Origin: Eledone cirrhosa
Taxonomy: Eukaryota
Assembly (NCBI GenBank): GCA_964016885.1
Contig: OZ024740.1
Span: forward strand, 178,312,001 to 178,376,000
Length of the DNA stretch: 64,000 bases
Direction: 5' to 3'
Both the position numbers and the translations under genes were made by a program. The notes beneath the pieces are model-generated. The model worked only from the letters and a program-made list of their open reading frames with translations, was not told the origin of the DNA and did not search any database. This document shows positions 24,939 to 40,108 of the stretch, piece after piece. Each line of letters opens with the position of its first letter. Within the stretch, counting starts at the first letter, position 1.

Positions 24939-27900
24939 ATGGCCAATATAAGAGTTGGATGTGTGAACGTACGCGGCCTGGGGATGCCCTGGAAATAGGG
25001 CAAACTCTTAAACGACTTCAGGTCGCACAGTATGGATGTAGTAGCCATTTGCGAGTCCAGAATCCACAGCGAGCGACATCTGGCCCCCATCTTCGACGAC
25101 TTTGAGATCTACGCATCTTTCTGTCAGCCGGGAGGTGGGAGAGGGGTTACCGTTTTGCTCCGGAAACACCTGGACCTCGTAACACAGACGGTACATCTGG
25201 ACCCGGAGGGTCGACTGGTGGTCCTAGACGTTGACGGTATTGAAGGTGGAGCCTTCAGGCTGGTGGCCGCATATGCCCCATCCGGGACACCGCGGCCAGA
25301 CTTCTTCAAACGTCTAGAGACTTTTCTGGGAACGTCCCGCTCTCTGCTTTTAGTGGGAGACTGGAATGGAATCCTAGATGCACGTTCGGGCTATGTGGGA
25401 GCATATCCCGATAAAGGGGGGTGTAACAGCCTCAAACAGTTAATCGGCCGATTTGACCTGGCCGATAGATATCGACTAGATTTTCCGACTGTGCCACTGT
25501 GGAAGTGGTCTAATCGCAACGGAACATCTAGATCGTACCTAGATAGGGTTCTAGTTAGAAATAAGGATAGGGACATGTTAAGCTGTCCACAAATGTTCAT
25601 GGTTGCCTATTCAGATCACAAACTAGTGACCTGCGTGGTAAACCTTGATAGAACCCATAGACAAGGACCCGGCTACTGGAAGCTGAACTTGTTACCGACA
25701 TGCAAAGCCTACAGTAGACGGATTAGCACTTTAGCTAAACAGCACTTGACAGAGGCCATTGTCAACAACATATGGTGGTACTCTCTCAAGGGGGCAGTTA
25801 GATTAGATTCGTTAGTTGTTAGTAAAGAATTAGCGTTAGATAGAAATAGGACCGAGAAGGAACTGGCAGATAAAGTAGAAGAGGCAAGTAGAAGTGGAAA
25901 CGTAGCCATCGTGCTAGCAACGAGAACGGCCTTGGACCAGTTCTCCGACGCAAAGCCCGAGGGCTGCGTTGTCAGAAGCAAAATACGTGCCCTGGGTAAC
26001 GAGGGAGCCAAAGCTGTTAGCTGGGCCCGGGTGACGGAGGCGAAAAGTGGCAACAAGTCCACGATTCGGTCTTTGAAGGACCAATACGGACGCGTTATAC
26101 GTGAACCAAAGCAGAAGTGCGCGGCCTTTCAGCGGCACTTTGCTCAGCTGTTCGGGCAGGGCGGCGCGCCGGAAGGGGCTATGGACTTCGGTCCATACTT
26201 CGACGGCCTACCACGACTCTCGGACAGCGAGACCGCTGAGATAGGGGACGCGCTGAGCCAATGCGGCAAACGCAAATCTCCAGGTCTCGACGGTCTACCC
26301 TACGAATTTTGCGTAGCGATGCCGGACTTGTTCTCTTGTCTCCTGGAAGCGGTCTACTTCAACTGGCAGCAGAACGGGAGAATTCCCAGATCTGTGACCA
26401 GGGCCGTAGTCACACTAGTCAGGAAGGACGAGAATAAGGGGAATGACATAGGAAACTTCCGGCCCATAACTCTGCTAAACACAGAATTACAGATTTTGGC
26501 CAAGGTGTTGGCAAAGAGCTGGCGCTTGTCGTCGATAATCTGGTGGGAGAAGCGCAGATATGCGCAATCCCGACCAGGTCCATACACGACAACCTCCACC
26601 TCATGCGATACATCATAGAGAGGGTAGGGTGTAAACTCGGCTTCGGTGGGTCCCTGATCAACTTGGATCAGTCTAAGGCTTTCGATAGGGTTGACCATCG
26701 TTACCTGGATGCGGTGCTCGAGGCGGCAGGCTTCGGACCCGTGTTCAGGGGCTGGATTGCTGCAATGCACAACAGCAACATCTGCTCAAAGGTCAAGGTG
26801 AACAGCTACCTCTCGGAGCCGTTCCATATCACGCGATCCATCCGACAGGGATGCCCTCTCTCCTCCCTTCTGTACATACTCACTCTCGAGCTGCGGAAGT
26901 TGGAGCTATTGCAGGGCATCCCTCTAGAACAGGGAGTGCAGAAGGCGGCGTCTCCCTACACCGACGACGTGACAGTATGGTGTCGAACACCTCGTAAATC
27001 GAGGAAGTCGGCACCTAACTGAAGGAATATGAAAGGTTCGCAGGAGCGAAGCTGAACCGGGACAAGTCCGTACGTTTGCAACTCGGATCATGGAGAGGCA
27101 AACCGATGCCTTCAGATGGCGTCGTCGGACGATGGACGGAAGGACCGGTAAAGATGCTCGGGGTCTGGTTTGGTCCGGATTTCCAGGTGGAGAAGAACTG
27201 GAACGAGGTGACGGCCAAGGTGTTTGCACTCACCCAGAAGTGGGCCGAGTGCAAACTATCCTTGAAAGGTCGGGCGGAGGTTACGAACACTTTTAAAGCG
27301 TCCGCCATCTACTACCGCTTGACCGTCGTGCCTTGTCCAGCTAAAACGCTCACCAAAATGGAGCGTGCGCCCTTCCAATTCCTTTGGAATAAGCGGGCTC
27401 ATTTGGTGAGAAGATCCATTTGCTTCCAACACCCTTCCAACGGAGGGCTGGGGATGCCGTGGCTGACGATGCGCAAACACGCGCTCAGGCTGCGGCATCT
27501 CTACGTACTCCTCACCGGATAACCGGTGTGGGCCCCGTTCGTGAGGTGAGCCTTCCCACAATTCGTCTCGCTGACCGAGCTGCAATCCTGGGTCAAGCAA
27601 AGACTGAGGAAAATGGGCGACTGGCACTCACAGCCCTCTGGCAGGCGGACCCGGCGATCAGTGGAGACTCCACTTCGTCATTCTATAGAGGGTTGATCCG
27701 CAGCAAGTGCGACGACGCGCTCGAAGAAACTCTAGGCGTAGAGGAAGACGAACTGGCCAGTATGTTCGATAGGACCTTCCGCCCGGGACCGATGGAGAAC
27801 TTCCAAAAGTCCCTGGCCTGGCAGTGCTACCGAGGAGCTCTACCAGTTCGAGACAAGCTCTACAGACATGGGCGCCCGGGCAGGGACCCTACGAAAAAGA

Positions 27901-28319
27901 TCTGTCCGAGATGTGTGCGAGACGAAGAAACCGTCGCGCACGCATTCATACACTGCCCGGGCGTTACCGACCTGTGGGGCTATGTAGGACGACTATTGTC
28001 GTGGGTGGGACCAATCCCGTTGACCACCGAGTCCATCGTCATGATCAAACCGCCACCCTCCTTCAAAAACGAAGGAGAGGCGGTTTTCCTTTGTGTGATA
28101 GCTATGGCGAAAGAGGTTGTAAGGTGGACGACGTTAAAAGGGCTGAGGTCAGAAACCTTTCTCTCCGGCCAACAACTGATTCTTTTTTTCAAATACCACT
28201 TTGGAAGAAGGATCAGGTGGGAGAGAGAGGTGCTGTACCCCAGCAAGTTTTATAAAAGGTGGGTGAAAGTGGAGAGAATGGCCCGAGTGAATGGGCCTTC
28301 TCTCTATATAGGCCTGTAG
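24939..28319 (+). pseudogene. ORF2 APE-RT of Tx1 subfamily B, frameshifted
   Basis: MANIRVGCVNVRGL, VGDWN, YSDH, FRPITLLN, DQSKAFD, RQGCPLS, YTDD, CPRC..ETVAH..C. Confidence 0.9.
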
Positions 28320-28559
28320 GTTGAGGAAAAAGAGGAAGAGAGGAAAGAGGTACAAACTCTTCGTACTCCTGGAGATGAGGGTTGCACATTTTTTCGGGGG
28401 TATATGCAACCCATATGAAATGTCTCCCCCTATTTGGGAAAATCGATTAATTTTTAAATTATATTTGTGATAGCATTTTACACGTTTTATTGTATGTAAA
28501 CTTCCCCCTTTGTATCTGTCCTCTTCTTTTGTGTACCTGTGGCGAATAAAGAATCATAA

Positions 28560-28778
<219 letters not shown>

Positions 28779-28786
28779 TATAGAGA

Positions 28787-28848
<62 letters not shown>

Positions 28849-28852
<4 letters not shown>

Positions 28853-29480
28853 TACCAATGCTAACTTTCTTGACATTAATCTTGATATACTTACTGCCTC
28901 TTTTAAACCTGATCATAAACCTAACGAGAATCTAAGATATATACACAAAGAGTCTTGCCATCCCCCTATAGTTTTTAAAAATCTTATTCCCAATATTAGC
29001 CGTAGGATCTCTAATTTACCTCCTTCTCTAGACATTTTTAATAAAGCTGCCTATTATAATAAAGCCCTCAATAACAGCGGCTTTACAGAACAGATTACAT
29101 ATTTACCTACCCCTCCACCTAAAACTAATCACAATAATAGGAAAAGGAAAATTATTTGGTTTACAACCCCCTTCTCTCTAACTGTCAAAACTAATGTAGG
29201 AAGGAAATTCCTTGACCTCCTAGATAAGCATTTCCCCCCTAATCATAGATATTATAAGATATTTAATAGAAATATAGTTGAAATTAGTTACTCTTGCTGC
29301 CCATCTATGAAGTCTAAAATCACCAACTCTAATCGTACGAGAATAAATCCAGGATGCAGTTGCAGAAAGCCAGATGAATGCCCATTACAGGGCAAATGTA
29401 ACACCAAATCCGTTGTATATGAGGCCAAAGTAACACCTTTGATTAACAACCAGCCAGCCAGCCACGATATGTTGGAATGA
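28849..29480 (+). mobile_element. Penelope-like element fragment (RT C-terminus, linker, start of GIY-YIG)
   Basis: [50 protein letters not shown]: motifs typical of PLE ORFs. Embedded in (TA)n. Confidence 0.8.
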
Positions 29481-29551
29481 ATGAAAGCAATTTTGGTTGC
29501 TTTCAAGAAACCACTGGTAAATGAAATAATTATCTTATGTTGTTTATTACA

Positions 29552-29652
<101 letters not shown>

Positions 29653-29670
29653 TTATATATATATATATAT

Positions 29671-30982
29671 AAAATTGAAAAAGTGGAGAATAACATAGTC
29701 AACAGTACAAAAAGGGGATTTATTTAGAGTCTAACAATTTTTTCAGTGATAAAGATGTCTAAAAATTGCTGAACACTAGAAGCAGTGATACTCAATTTTA
29801 AATACGATGTTAGCTCGATCAGATCTGCAGAAACTGTTATTGAAAATATATGTAACCGGTAAATTTACAAATTCAAATTACATCATCAATAATAATGTTA
29901 ATAATAAAGATATAGAGAGAAAAGAAGGAAGAAAGGGAGATAGATACAGTAAAGAAAAGAAAGGAAAGGAAAAAGAAAAACATTATGATTATAATTATAA
30001 TTGTCACCATCTATCAAAGAACAACATAAAAACCTCTTATATTTACATTCTTCTTTTGTATATCTATATCTTTCACTCTCTATCACTATATTTCTCTCCT
30101 TAAATTTATTACATCTCTGTCATTCTATTTTATCATATAAGATAACTTAAAGCTAATTAATTAATTCATATAACCAATACGCACATAAATATATTTAACA
30201 TTATCATATTTTTAACTTCATATCTCTCCATATATTCTAACACTTTTCAAAAACCAATCTCAATAATTTTAATATGTTTAAATATTCTTCGCAAATTTTT
30301 ACTTCTTTTGCGTATTTATTTTCATTTTTCATTTTTCACATTTTATATCATTTTATATCACATTAGATGTAATTTATTTATTTATTTATTTATTTACTTA
30401 TTTATTTATTTATTTATCAATTTTTTATATATTTTTATTTATTTATTTTTATTTTTATTTTATTTACATTTATTCATATATTAACGTTTATTCATTTATT
30501 TTCCCTCTATTCTTCTTTCTATCCTACGTTGTTTTTACTTATGCTTGTCTCTCCTCTGTCTATCATCAATTTCTATATATTTTCTTCTCTTTATATGTTT
30601 TTTTTCTCTGTAATAATTTCTCCTTTTTCTTCTTTTTTCTCTTTCTCTTTTTCTTTTTCCTTCTTCTTTTTTCTTTTTCCTTTCCTTTCCTTTCTTTCTT
30701 TACTGTATCTATCTCCCTTTCTTCCTTCTTTTCTCTCTATATCTTTATTATTAACATTATTATTGATGATGTAATTTGAATTTGTAAATTTTCCGGTTAC
30801 ATATATTTTCAATAACAGTTTCTGAAGATCTGATCGAGCTAACATTGTATTTAAAATTGAGTGGTACTGCTTCTAGTGTTCAACAATTTTTAGACATCTT
30901 TATCAGTGAAACAATTGTTAGACTGTAAAAAAATCCCCTTTTTTGTACTGTTGACCATGTTATTCTTCATTTTTTCAATTTT
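29671..30982. mobile_element. Non-coding element with ~300-bp inverted arms carrying a hammerhead
   Basis: 29671-~29985 is the reverse complement of ~30685-30982 (mirror ORFs 29807+ and 30591- are nearly identical). Confidence 0.75.
30815..30926 (+). ncRNA. Type-I hammerhead candidate with ~70-nt stem II insert
   Basis: ACAGUUU-CUGAAGA-U-CUGAU...AUCAG-U-GAAA-CAAUUG-UU-AGACUGU. Stem I is 7 bp and stem III is palindromic. Confidence 0.65.
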
Positions 30983-31143
30983 ATTACTCCAAGAAAAACT
31001 TATATAGGAATACAAGTGAAATTATAAACTCCTCATCTACGTAAACCTCTTGTTGAGTCAAACAACGCCATACGCTAAAACCATCCATAATAAGAAGTAT
31101 TCACAACCTCTAACTGGATTACCTATAACGATATTTTGTTATC

Positions 31144-31193
<50 letters not shown>

Positions 31194-31197
31194 GTTT

Positions 31198-31228
<31 letters not shown>

Positions 31229-31235
31229 AAGGTTT

Positions 31236-31324
<89 letters not shown>

Positions 31325-31380
31325 GCAACGGGTCACTTTGTGGCTCAATGAAGAGTTAATAAATTAAATAATCAGAGCTA

Positions 31381-32164
31381 TACATCATAAAACATGTCTA
31401 TAGAATCACCAGATAAAATATAAACCATTTTCTCTCCCAATTAGCATAATTAACCAAATAAAAAATCGATTAGACCAAGCTATAAGAATAAAGGCTTCTA
31501 TGAAGAAATCTCTGATAAATAACCGAAAGCAGCCCTTCGCGCCGGCTGCGACGGAGTATTTATCGAGTATTTCGACAGCGTGTACAAATCGCCCAGATAT
31601 ACAGTCAACTAAACAGAATTAGGTGTAAAATAAACTAGGAGAAAAGTGAATATATTTAGTTACCTCTACCATGGTTTCGTCCGCATTTTAAGATATCCGA
31701 TAACATCGGGCATCTACAGCACCGGGCTCGTCACGATTCTTAGCCATTTTTGAATGTATTCTTGGCGCGATCACTTTTGAAAATTTATTGTCTAAAGTTG
31801 AGCTAACTTCCTGAAGAGTCCGGTGCTCTAGATGCCCGATGTTATCGGATATCTTAAAATGCGGACGAAACCATGGTAGAGGTAACTAAATATGTTCACT
31901 TTTCTCCTAGTTTATTTTACACCTAATTCTGTTTAGTTCACTGTATATCTGGGCGATTTGTACACGCTGTCGAAATACTCGATAAATACTCCGTCGCAGC
32001 CGGCGCGAAGGGCTGCTTTCGGTTATTTGTCGGAGATTTCTTCATAGAAGCCTTTATTCTTATAGCTTGGTCTAATCGATTTTTTATATGGTTAATTATG
32101 CTAATTGGGAGAGGAAATGGTATATATTTTATCTGGTGATTCTATAGACATGTTTTATGATATA
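31381..32164. mobile_element. ~784-bp near-perfect foldback (arms ~350 bp) made of two divergent hammerhead-bearing units
   Basis: 31381-31735 is the reverse complement of 31811-32164 with few mismatches. Confidence 0.85.
31806..31883 (+). ncRNA. Type-I hammerhead ribozyme, canonical core
   Basis: ACUUC-CUGAAGA-GUCCG...CGGAC-GAAA-CCAUGG-UA-GAGGU. Predicted cleavage after 31878. Confidence 0.8.
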
Positions 32165-32166
32165 TG

Positions 32167-32210
<44 letters not shown>

Positions 32211-32874
32211 CCTTTCCCACACACACACGCACACACACACTTACACCTCCACTTATTCTCTCTCTCACACACACATACACACACAAAGACCAGTTCTAAC
32301 ACGAGATAACATCTATCCCCCACATCTACGTATAGACATATCTTCTCACACTCACACACACGCACACATACTTACACCTCACACCTTTTCCCACACACTT
32401 AAACAGGCATGTACAAAAAAACCCTTTTAAAGGGAGACTACTCTTTATCCACCTAATCTTAACTCTTTGACATTAGTGATAGAACAGATACTCTATACCA
32501 TTTCCTGTCAGCATGACTTGGCAAGCTATTAAGAACACTGGTTTAACCGCTTTACTTCCCTCCGAAGAAGAGATATTATCTCGAAAATTAAGGACATTTA
32601 AATAAATCTAGGGTAAAAGACTAATTGTCAACAATATCTTTTGCATTTGCATTCTTTATTCTATGTCCATACCTGCATTGTTTTGGCTTTATTATACATA
32701 TACAAACGTTTATATACATATATATATAATGTTACTTTTGTTTACATTGTTTCATAAACAGAATGGATGCGATATATAAGTCTGGTTGTAAGTAAATATC
32801 AGAATCTAAAATGTTTAATCATTAAAGAAGTGGTAAAATTGGTAATGTTGATGGTAGTAGTAGTTGTAATAGTA

Positions 32875-32945
<71 letters not shown>

Positions 32946-33143
32946 TACATGAATTGGAAAAACATTTTAGAAGATAGCAAAGATAAACGTAAAAAATGAG
33001 ATATACACACATACATATACGAAAATACATACATACGTATACGAAAATACATACATACGTACATACATAAGTACAGACACACGTACATACATACGTACAT
33101 ACATAAGTACATACATACATACATATATATATATATAAGTACA

Positions 33144-33192
<49 letters not shown>

Positions 33193-33360
33193 ATATATAC
33201 ATACATATGTGTGTGAGAGTGTCTGGGTCGGTGTACATATATATATATATATATATAAGTGTGTTCGTACTTTTGCAATGTAATATATATGTGCACATTT
33301 TCATGTTTGTTGTTATTCGTATAAATAGAGGTATATATCTATGCATACATGTATCCATAC

Positions 33361-33426
<66 letters not shown>

Positions 33427-33576
33427 GTGTGTGTGTGCGTGTGCGTGCGTGCGTGCGTGTGTGTGTGTATTTACAAGTTTATCTTGAAATAGTTGACGAT
33501 ATTTTGTTTATGTGGATGACTTTTTCCAATACTGGTAATATAATTACATTAAAGAAAGCACTGGAAATAAAAACGT

Positions 33577-33616
<40 letters not shown>

Positions 33617-33622
33617 CTCTCA

Positions 33623-33681
<59 letters not shown>

Positions 33682-33716
33682 GTATGTATATATATATGTA
33701 TATATATATAAATATG

Positions 33717-33748
<32 letters not shown>

Positions 33749-33754
33749 AATATG

Positions 33755-33824
<70 letters not shown>

Positions 33825-33871
33825 CATATACATATATATATATATAATATAATATGATATAATATAATATA

Positions 33872-33951
<80 letters not shown>

Positions 33952-34459
33952 GCATATGGGAGTGTGGTGTGTGTGTAAGCTATTAAATAAATATACATAT
34001 AACATGAAAAAGGAAAAAAAGAAAGAAATACGAACGAAGGAAAGAAAGAAGGATGTCAATATTGACGACGATGACATTGACAGCATAGCTAAAAATATAT
34101 AAAATTCGATAGACCTTATGTATAATGTATTAGATTGGAGAATTTGTCAATATGTTTAGACAGAACAAAAGAATAAAAGAACAAGTATTCAATTACTCCT
34201 CGAGAGAAATTGTATAGACGAAGAAAGAGAGAGAGAGGGAGAGAGATAGATAGATAGATAGAGAGAGAGATAGATAGATGGATAGATAGATAGAGAGAGA
34301 GAGTGTGTGAGAAAGAGGAGAGGGAGTGAAAGATGGTAATGGACTACGAAGAGATATATAGAGAGAAGCTGTGTGCGTCTGTGTGTGTGTGTGTGTGAGA
34401 GAGATGGTAATGGACTATGGAGAGATATAGAGAGAAGCTGTGTGCGTGTGTGTGTGTAT

Positions 34460-34514
<55 letters not shown>

Positions 34515-34562
34515 AGTGTCTGTGTGTGTGTGTATGTGAGAGAGAGAGTGATGGATAGATAG

Positions 34563-34596
<34 letters not shown>

Positions 34597-34840
34597 AATG
34601 TGTGGGGGGTACAGAGAGAGAGTGTGTGTGTGTGTGAGAGAGAGAGAGATGGTAACGGACTATGGAGAGATATAGAGAGAAGCTGTGTGTGTGTGTGAGA
34701 GGTGTAGGGTGAGAATAAAAGGAGTAGAATTAGGGAGAGTAATTCAGAAAGAGAAATACCAAAATTTCGGGAGCCTCTTGTAGATAGCAAAAGAGAAAAT
34801 TTTGGTAAATTATATCTGTGTCTATCTATCTATCTTTCTT

Positions 34841-34920
<80 letters not shown>

Positions 34921-35023
34921 CTTATTTATCTATAGATCTATGTATGTATCCATCTATCACGCTATTTTTCTATCTATCTATCTGACTATCAATCTATACA
35001 TGCACACATACTGACATACATAA

Positions 35024-35076
<53 letters not shown>

Positions 35077-35784
35077 GACAAATTGAGACTGATAGAGAGA
35101 GAGAGAGGGTGGAGAGGGGGGAGACAGAGAGAGAGAGAGAGGGCGGAGAGGGGGGGAGATAGAGAGAGAGAGAGAGACAGTGAGAGCAAGGGTGTTAAAT
35201 AGGGCAAAGTACGTTTTCTTTTATGTAAAACGCAAAATCTATAAATCAGTCGGAAAATGTAGTTGGAATGTATAAAGGTGATTTTACTGTAGAAGCTTCT
35301 ATACTGACCATGTTTATATGTACTTTAATACAATATTACAGTAATAGATGTTTGGAATGAAAAAAATACTTTTGTTTTTCTGCAGCAACATTTCAAATAA
35401 AATAAGAAACAAGAAAATTGCTAAACAAGCCAGAGAAAGTCATCTTTTCCTGAAACGCTAAATTGAAATAATGATTTTCTTATGGCTAGATACGAAGACA
35501 ATATTTTCCAAAGAAAATGGTATTACTAAGTCAGTTTGAGCTTCTTTAACACTTCATACGATTAACCCTGCTGAAAGGAAGTGCTTAATTTGATCTTGTA
35601 GAATATAGATAGGTATGTTGGTAGACAAGATATTTGATAACATTTCGAAAGAAAATAACGTGCTGTAGTTGAGTTTCGTACAAATATCAGACAATTAAAC
35701 CTGCAAGTAAAGAAGATTTGGATGAATGTTTTCAGATTTTAACTCTACAAAACCTTATGTATATATGGGCATCTATACGTGAAA

Positions 35785-35925
35785 TGGTGATTTGGCAGAG
35801 TCGTTAAAATGTCGCATTGCGGTTTTCGTTAAGACTCTGCGCTCTGAGTTCAAATCCCGCTGTGGTAACTTTGCCTTACATCCTTTCGAGGTCGATAAAA
35901 ATGTACCAGTCCAGTACTAGGCGCG
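35785..35925 (+). mobile_element. Diverged SINE related to family 1
   Basis: TTGGCAGAGTCGTTA...CTGAGTTCAAATCCCGC..AACTTTGCCTT..CATCCTTTCGAGGTCGATAAAA. Confidence 0.6.
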
Positions 35926-38900
35926 ATTATTCCTCTATATCTCTTTCTTATTTCATTTATATCACTCTCTCACCCCCCTCTCTCTCTAACTGTCTTTCTA
36001 TGGAAGATATTGTATGTGTTTAGAACGGGAGAGGAGATGGTCCTCACCAGGTAGTTTAAAGATGCCCGAGAAACGCCACATGTCACTCCAGGGCCCCCAG
36101 AACTACACCACAAGTTACAGATAAAGAGAAGAGTTTTCTATATTTATACCCAGTTCCTTAGCTTATTTAGAGTAATGGATCTGTCTGGACATCCATACGT
36201 CTGAGTCATTTAATACATAACAAGAATTTGCCTCTGTTTTACAAGGTAGCTAATTGACACCTGGGCATTACTGACTTTAATGTTATTGAACACTGAGAGA
36301 TAAATGAATGGTAAAGTCAATTTTGATAGATTCGAAACCGGAAAAAAAAACGATGCAAACATATACTGTTATTTTAAAGCATTTTAGTTTAGTGCTATTC
36401 CGTCGTTCTCTCTCTTTCTCGCCAAAAAAGAAGTAAACGTTAATGTAGTCTAGCAACTACAATGTCAACACTTCTCACACTTTCCTCTCTGCTGAGTTAT
36501 TCATTCAACGATAGGCCACTGGACTGCATCTTCAGTTTACAGACTTAATCTTAATTGAAGCGTAATAGCTAAAAAATATATGAAATATAAAAAAATTGAA
36601 AGAAAAATAACATTAAACAAAGAACGCAAGAAGAGGGAAAAGAAATGGAAATCGTAAAGGCTGATTATGTTTGAAAGCTTATGTAAATCTATTTTATTGA
36701 GACGTGTATTTGATGGCAGTCACTGATTAGGAAAACTCCAATAATCCCAGACCTTGCAATAAAAGTAATATTCGTGGCTAATTATATACACTGTGCGCCG
36801 TGACAACTCTTTCAATGGAAACCTTGATATAATTTGATCAAAGCCAATATCAACAGACCGTGAATAAAGGTCTAAAGAAAGCGTGAAACATATCTCTGAT
36901 CAGTACTGTTTTTATCAGAGTCATACATTTTCAGAAAAGAAATGCTTCCACTTAGCGTTTTCCGGTTACATTAAAAGCTTTCACTTTTGTAGAACGTAAA
37001 TATTGAATAGTTCGGATTTTATAAGGTTTAATACATCCATTTGAAGACAATGCATCCGGGACTTAATGTTTCATTAGCATTCCCATACATATAAACTTTT
37101 AACACCTTAGCAGAGTTGCATTTCACCCAGTTAATAAATGTCGTGTTGCTTCTGTTGGGTGTTACACTGAATGGCATAAATTTGTCTATTCATTGGAGAG
37201 AATATGTTCGATTGTACGAAAACGGCAGAGGAGAAACATCAAATAATCTTTTCTTTTATAATCTTTTCAAATAATGACAACGCTTATGTATTGACGGTCA
37301 AATTTTTTTTTCACTTACATTTTCAGCTTGTTGCAAATGTTAATGCCTGAATATGGCTTCAAAGAACAATAGAATCGTCTAACATTACATTGAGGTATTA
37401 AATAAGCATGTAGCAGAAACAAAATGGACAGACAGATCAAGTTTCTATAGTGATAAAAACGAAAATAACTGATGGCTGAAAAGAAATATGAATGATGTTT
37501 CTCCCCACTACCTCTCCTCACAAAATCGTATCAATAAAAATAGTAAACTAAATTCATATTAGTGCACAGTCATACTTTGTAGACGTCAATGTAACTTTAT
37601 CAGTGAAGCGTTAGATTCTAGAATAGAAAATAAAAGAGAAAAAAAAACGAAGTGATGATAAAACTAACATTTAGTTAGATTTCCTTCCCTGTTGAGATTT
37701 TGCTTTGATGTAAATTAATGAAGGTGAATGGAACTTGTTTATAGAAAAATACCCTGTTGAGTCGATAGCTTGTTACTTTCGTCACTTACACCTGGTTGGG
37801 TAACTACCTAAGTATATCTAACAAAACTTATGGATAGATTTGCAGTCATTTAAAATATATTAGAGCAAAGTGAGAAGAAATACCTACAATACAACGATTG
37901 AGTCTCTACGTGTTCGACCTCCTAGAAGAAGCAGCAAACCTTTTCTCGGTCATCCTCCCACCATCATTGAAAGAAATATTGAATAATGTGAACCTCTAAA
38001 AGAGATGGGATTATAATGGCTGTAATAATCTTTATTATTCTGTTGCTCCTTCCACAACCAATAAAATTGAAGTCAAAACTGCATGCCACTGAAAGAAAAT
38101 ATATATTAAATTAAACATTGATTTCGATATCAAGATTTTAATGGCTTAGCGAAGAAAGGACAACACTCATAGCCCTTTTAGGAGCCTGCATGATTGGCAG
38201 ATAGACATTCTCTTCAGTGAATTCTACTTGAGAGAGGCACGCATATGTTGGTTGTGGTAAACTGCACCTACCACACAAGACCAGTAACTGTCATTTTTAT
38301 TGCTTTCTATACAGGTTCTGTGTACCACGTTTCGCTAACTCAAAGTTGAAGTATATAACCTGAACCACGCTATGCCTGCGCCAAAATAGAGTATAGCCAA
38401 GAAGGGAGTTTATGCGATTTCAAATTGAGTGAATATATAAAGGTTTTCTTTATTGACTCGTGAAGTTAGTCCAGTAAAGTATATTCTTCATTCTGACATT
38501 ATTATGCTTTCCACACTGATAGATTAAATACAGGACGGGAAACGTGAGAAACATTTAGGAGAAAATATGGTGCTGTAAAAAATGGAGGAATTTAGCTCAG
38601 TAAGGCGTGAAATAAAGATGACAGGCTATCATAGATAACAATATACTCTTTCTTTGGGGAGTGGAATGTATCTGGAGAGAGAAAATATACTTTCATGAAA
38701 TTTGTGATTCATAATCACAACGGTTTTTATAAATATACATTCATACATACATAAATACACACATACACAAACACAGACACACACACACACATATATATAT
38801 ATATGTGTGTGTTGGTGGTGGTAGATGCGCCAGTGTATGTGTCTGTGCGTATGTGGTTGCAAGTATATATACGAGTATATATATGTGTGTGTGTGTATGT

Positions 38901-39357
38901 GTTTATATATATATATATATAAATATATGTATATATATCTGTGCGTAATTCTTTTCTTTCGCACGCTTGGCCAGGCCGGTTCGCCTTTTTTCTCTCTCTC
39001 GTCTACGATTTCGCAGAACTTATGTTCACCGAATTCATGGAATAGACCCCTTCTTCCTCCCGTTAGACCTGTGCGAAATTCCTTCCTTGCTCACATTTCA
39101 ACCAGGTTTGATGGTCTTTTTTCTCTCTCGTTCACGATTTCACCGAACTTATATTCATAGAAATTTGGGACTTGACTCGTTCTTCCTCACTTTTCGTTGC
39201 TTCACCATCTTTGTTTGTTTACACTCTCGCTGTTCCCTTTATTTACGTGTCCCAACGACTTTCTTTAGCTGTTGCTCGCACCAACCGGAGGTATATGGTC
39301 TTTAAAGCGAAGAAATACCGATGATGGTTGGAAGATCACTGATGAAGGACCACTTTA

Positions 39358-39426
<69 letters not shown>

Positions 39427-39461
39427 ATATATGTATATATATATATATATGTGTGTATATA

Positions 39462-39528
<67 letters not shown>

Positions 39529-39536
39529 CATATATG

Positions 39537-39588
<52 letters not shown>

Positions 39589-39950
39589 TATGAATAGAAA
39601 TCAAATACACAGAGCAAACATATAAACGCATACACATGTACATATATATGTGGATAGTACAGAGTTTCATTCATACACCAGAAACAAATAAAGACACACA
39701 TATATGACATAAATGAATATATGTGTTCGTCTTCACACATGCAAGTTTTTCTTTATAGCATTTAAATATAAAACCAATAAATCGAATTGAATACTCAGAT
39801 GTATAAACACTATCGTGATGCACTGATATAGCAGACCAACATATCACACTTGTTTACACACTCATACACACATATACGCCAACATGTATGCATTTATGTA
39901 CGTACGTACACGAAAGTAGATATCTATCTGTTTATATATGTAACTGTGCA

Positions 39951-40005
<55 letters not shown>

Positions 40006-40016
40006 TGTGAATATAA

Positions 40017-40108
<92 letters not shown>

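Noticed and set aside
32555-32600. CCGAAGA-AGAGATA..TATCTC-GAAA-ATTA
   Set aside because: Core mismatch and weak stems I and III; not distinguishable from chance without a consensus.
39290-39362. CTGATGA-containing repeat shared with 44100-44430
   Set aside because: No matching GAAA, stem III or stem I could be assembled.
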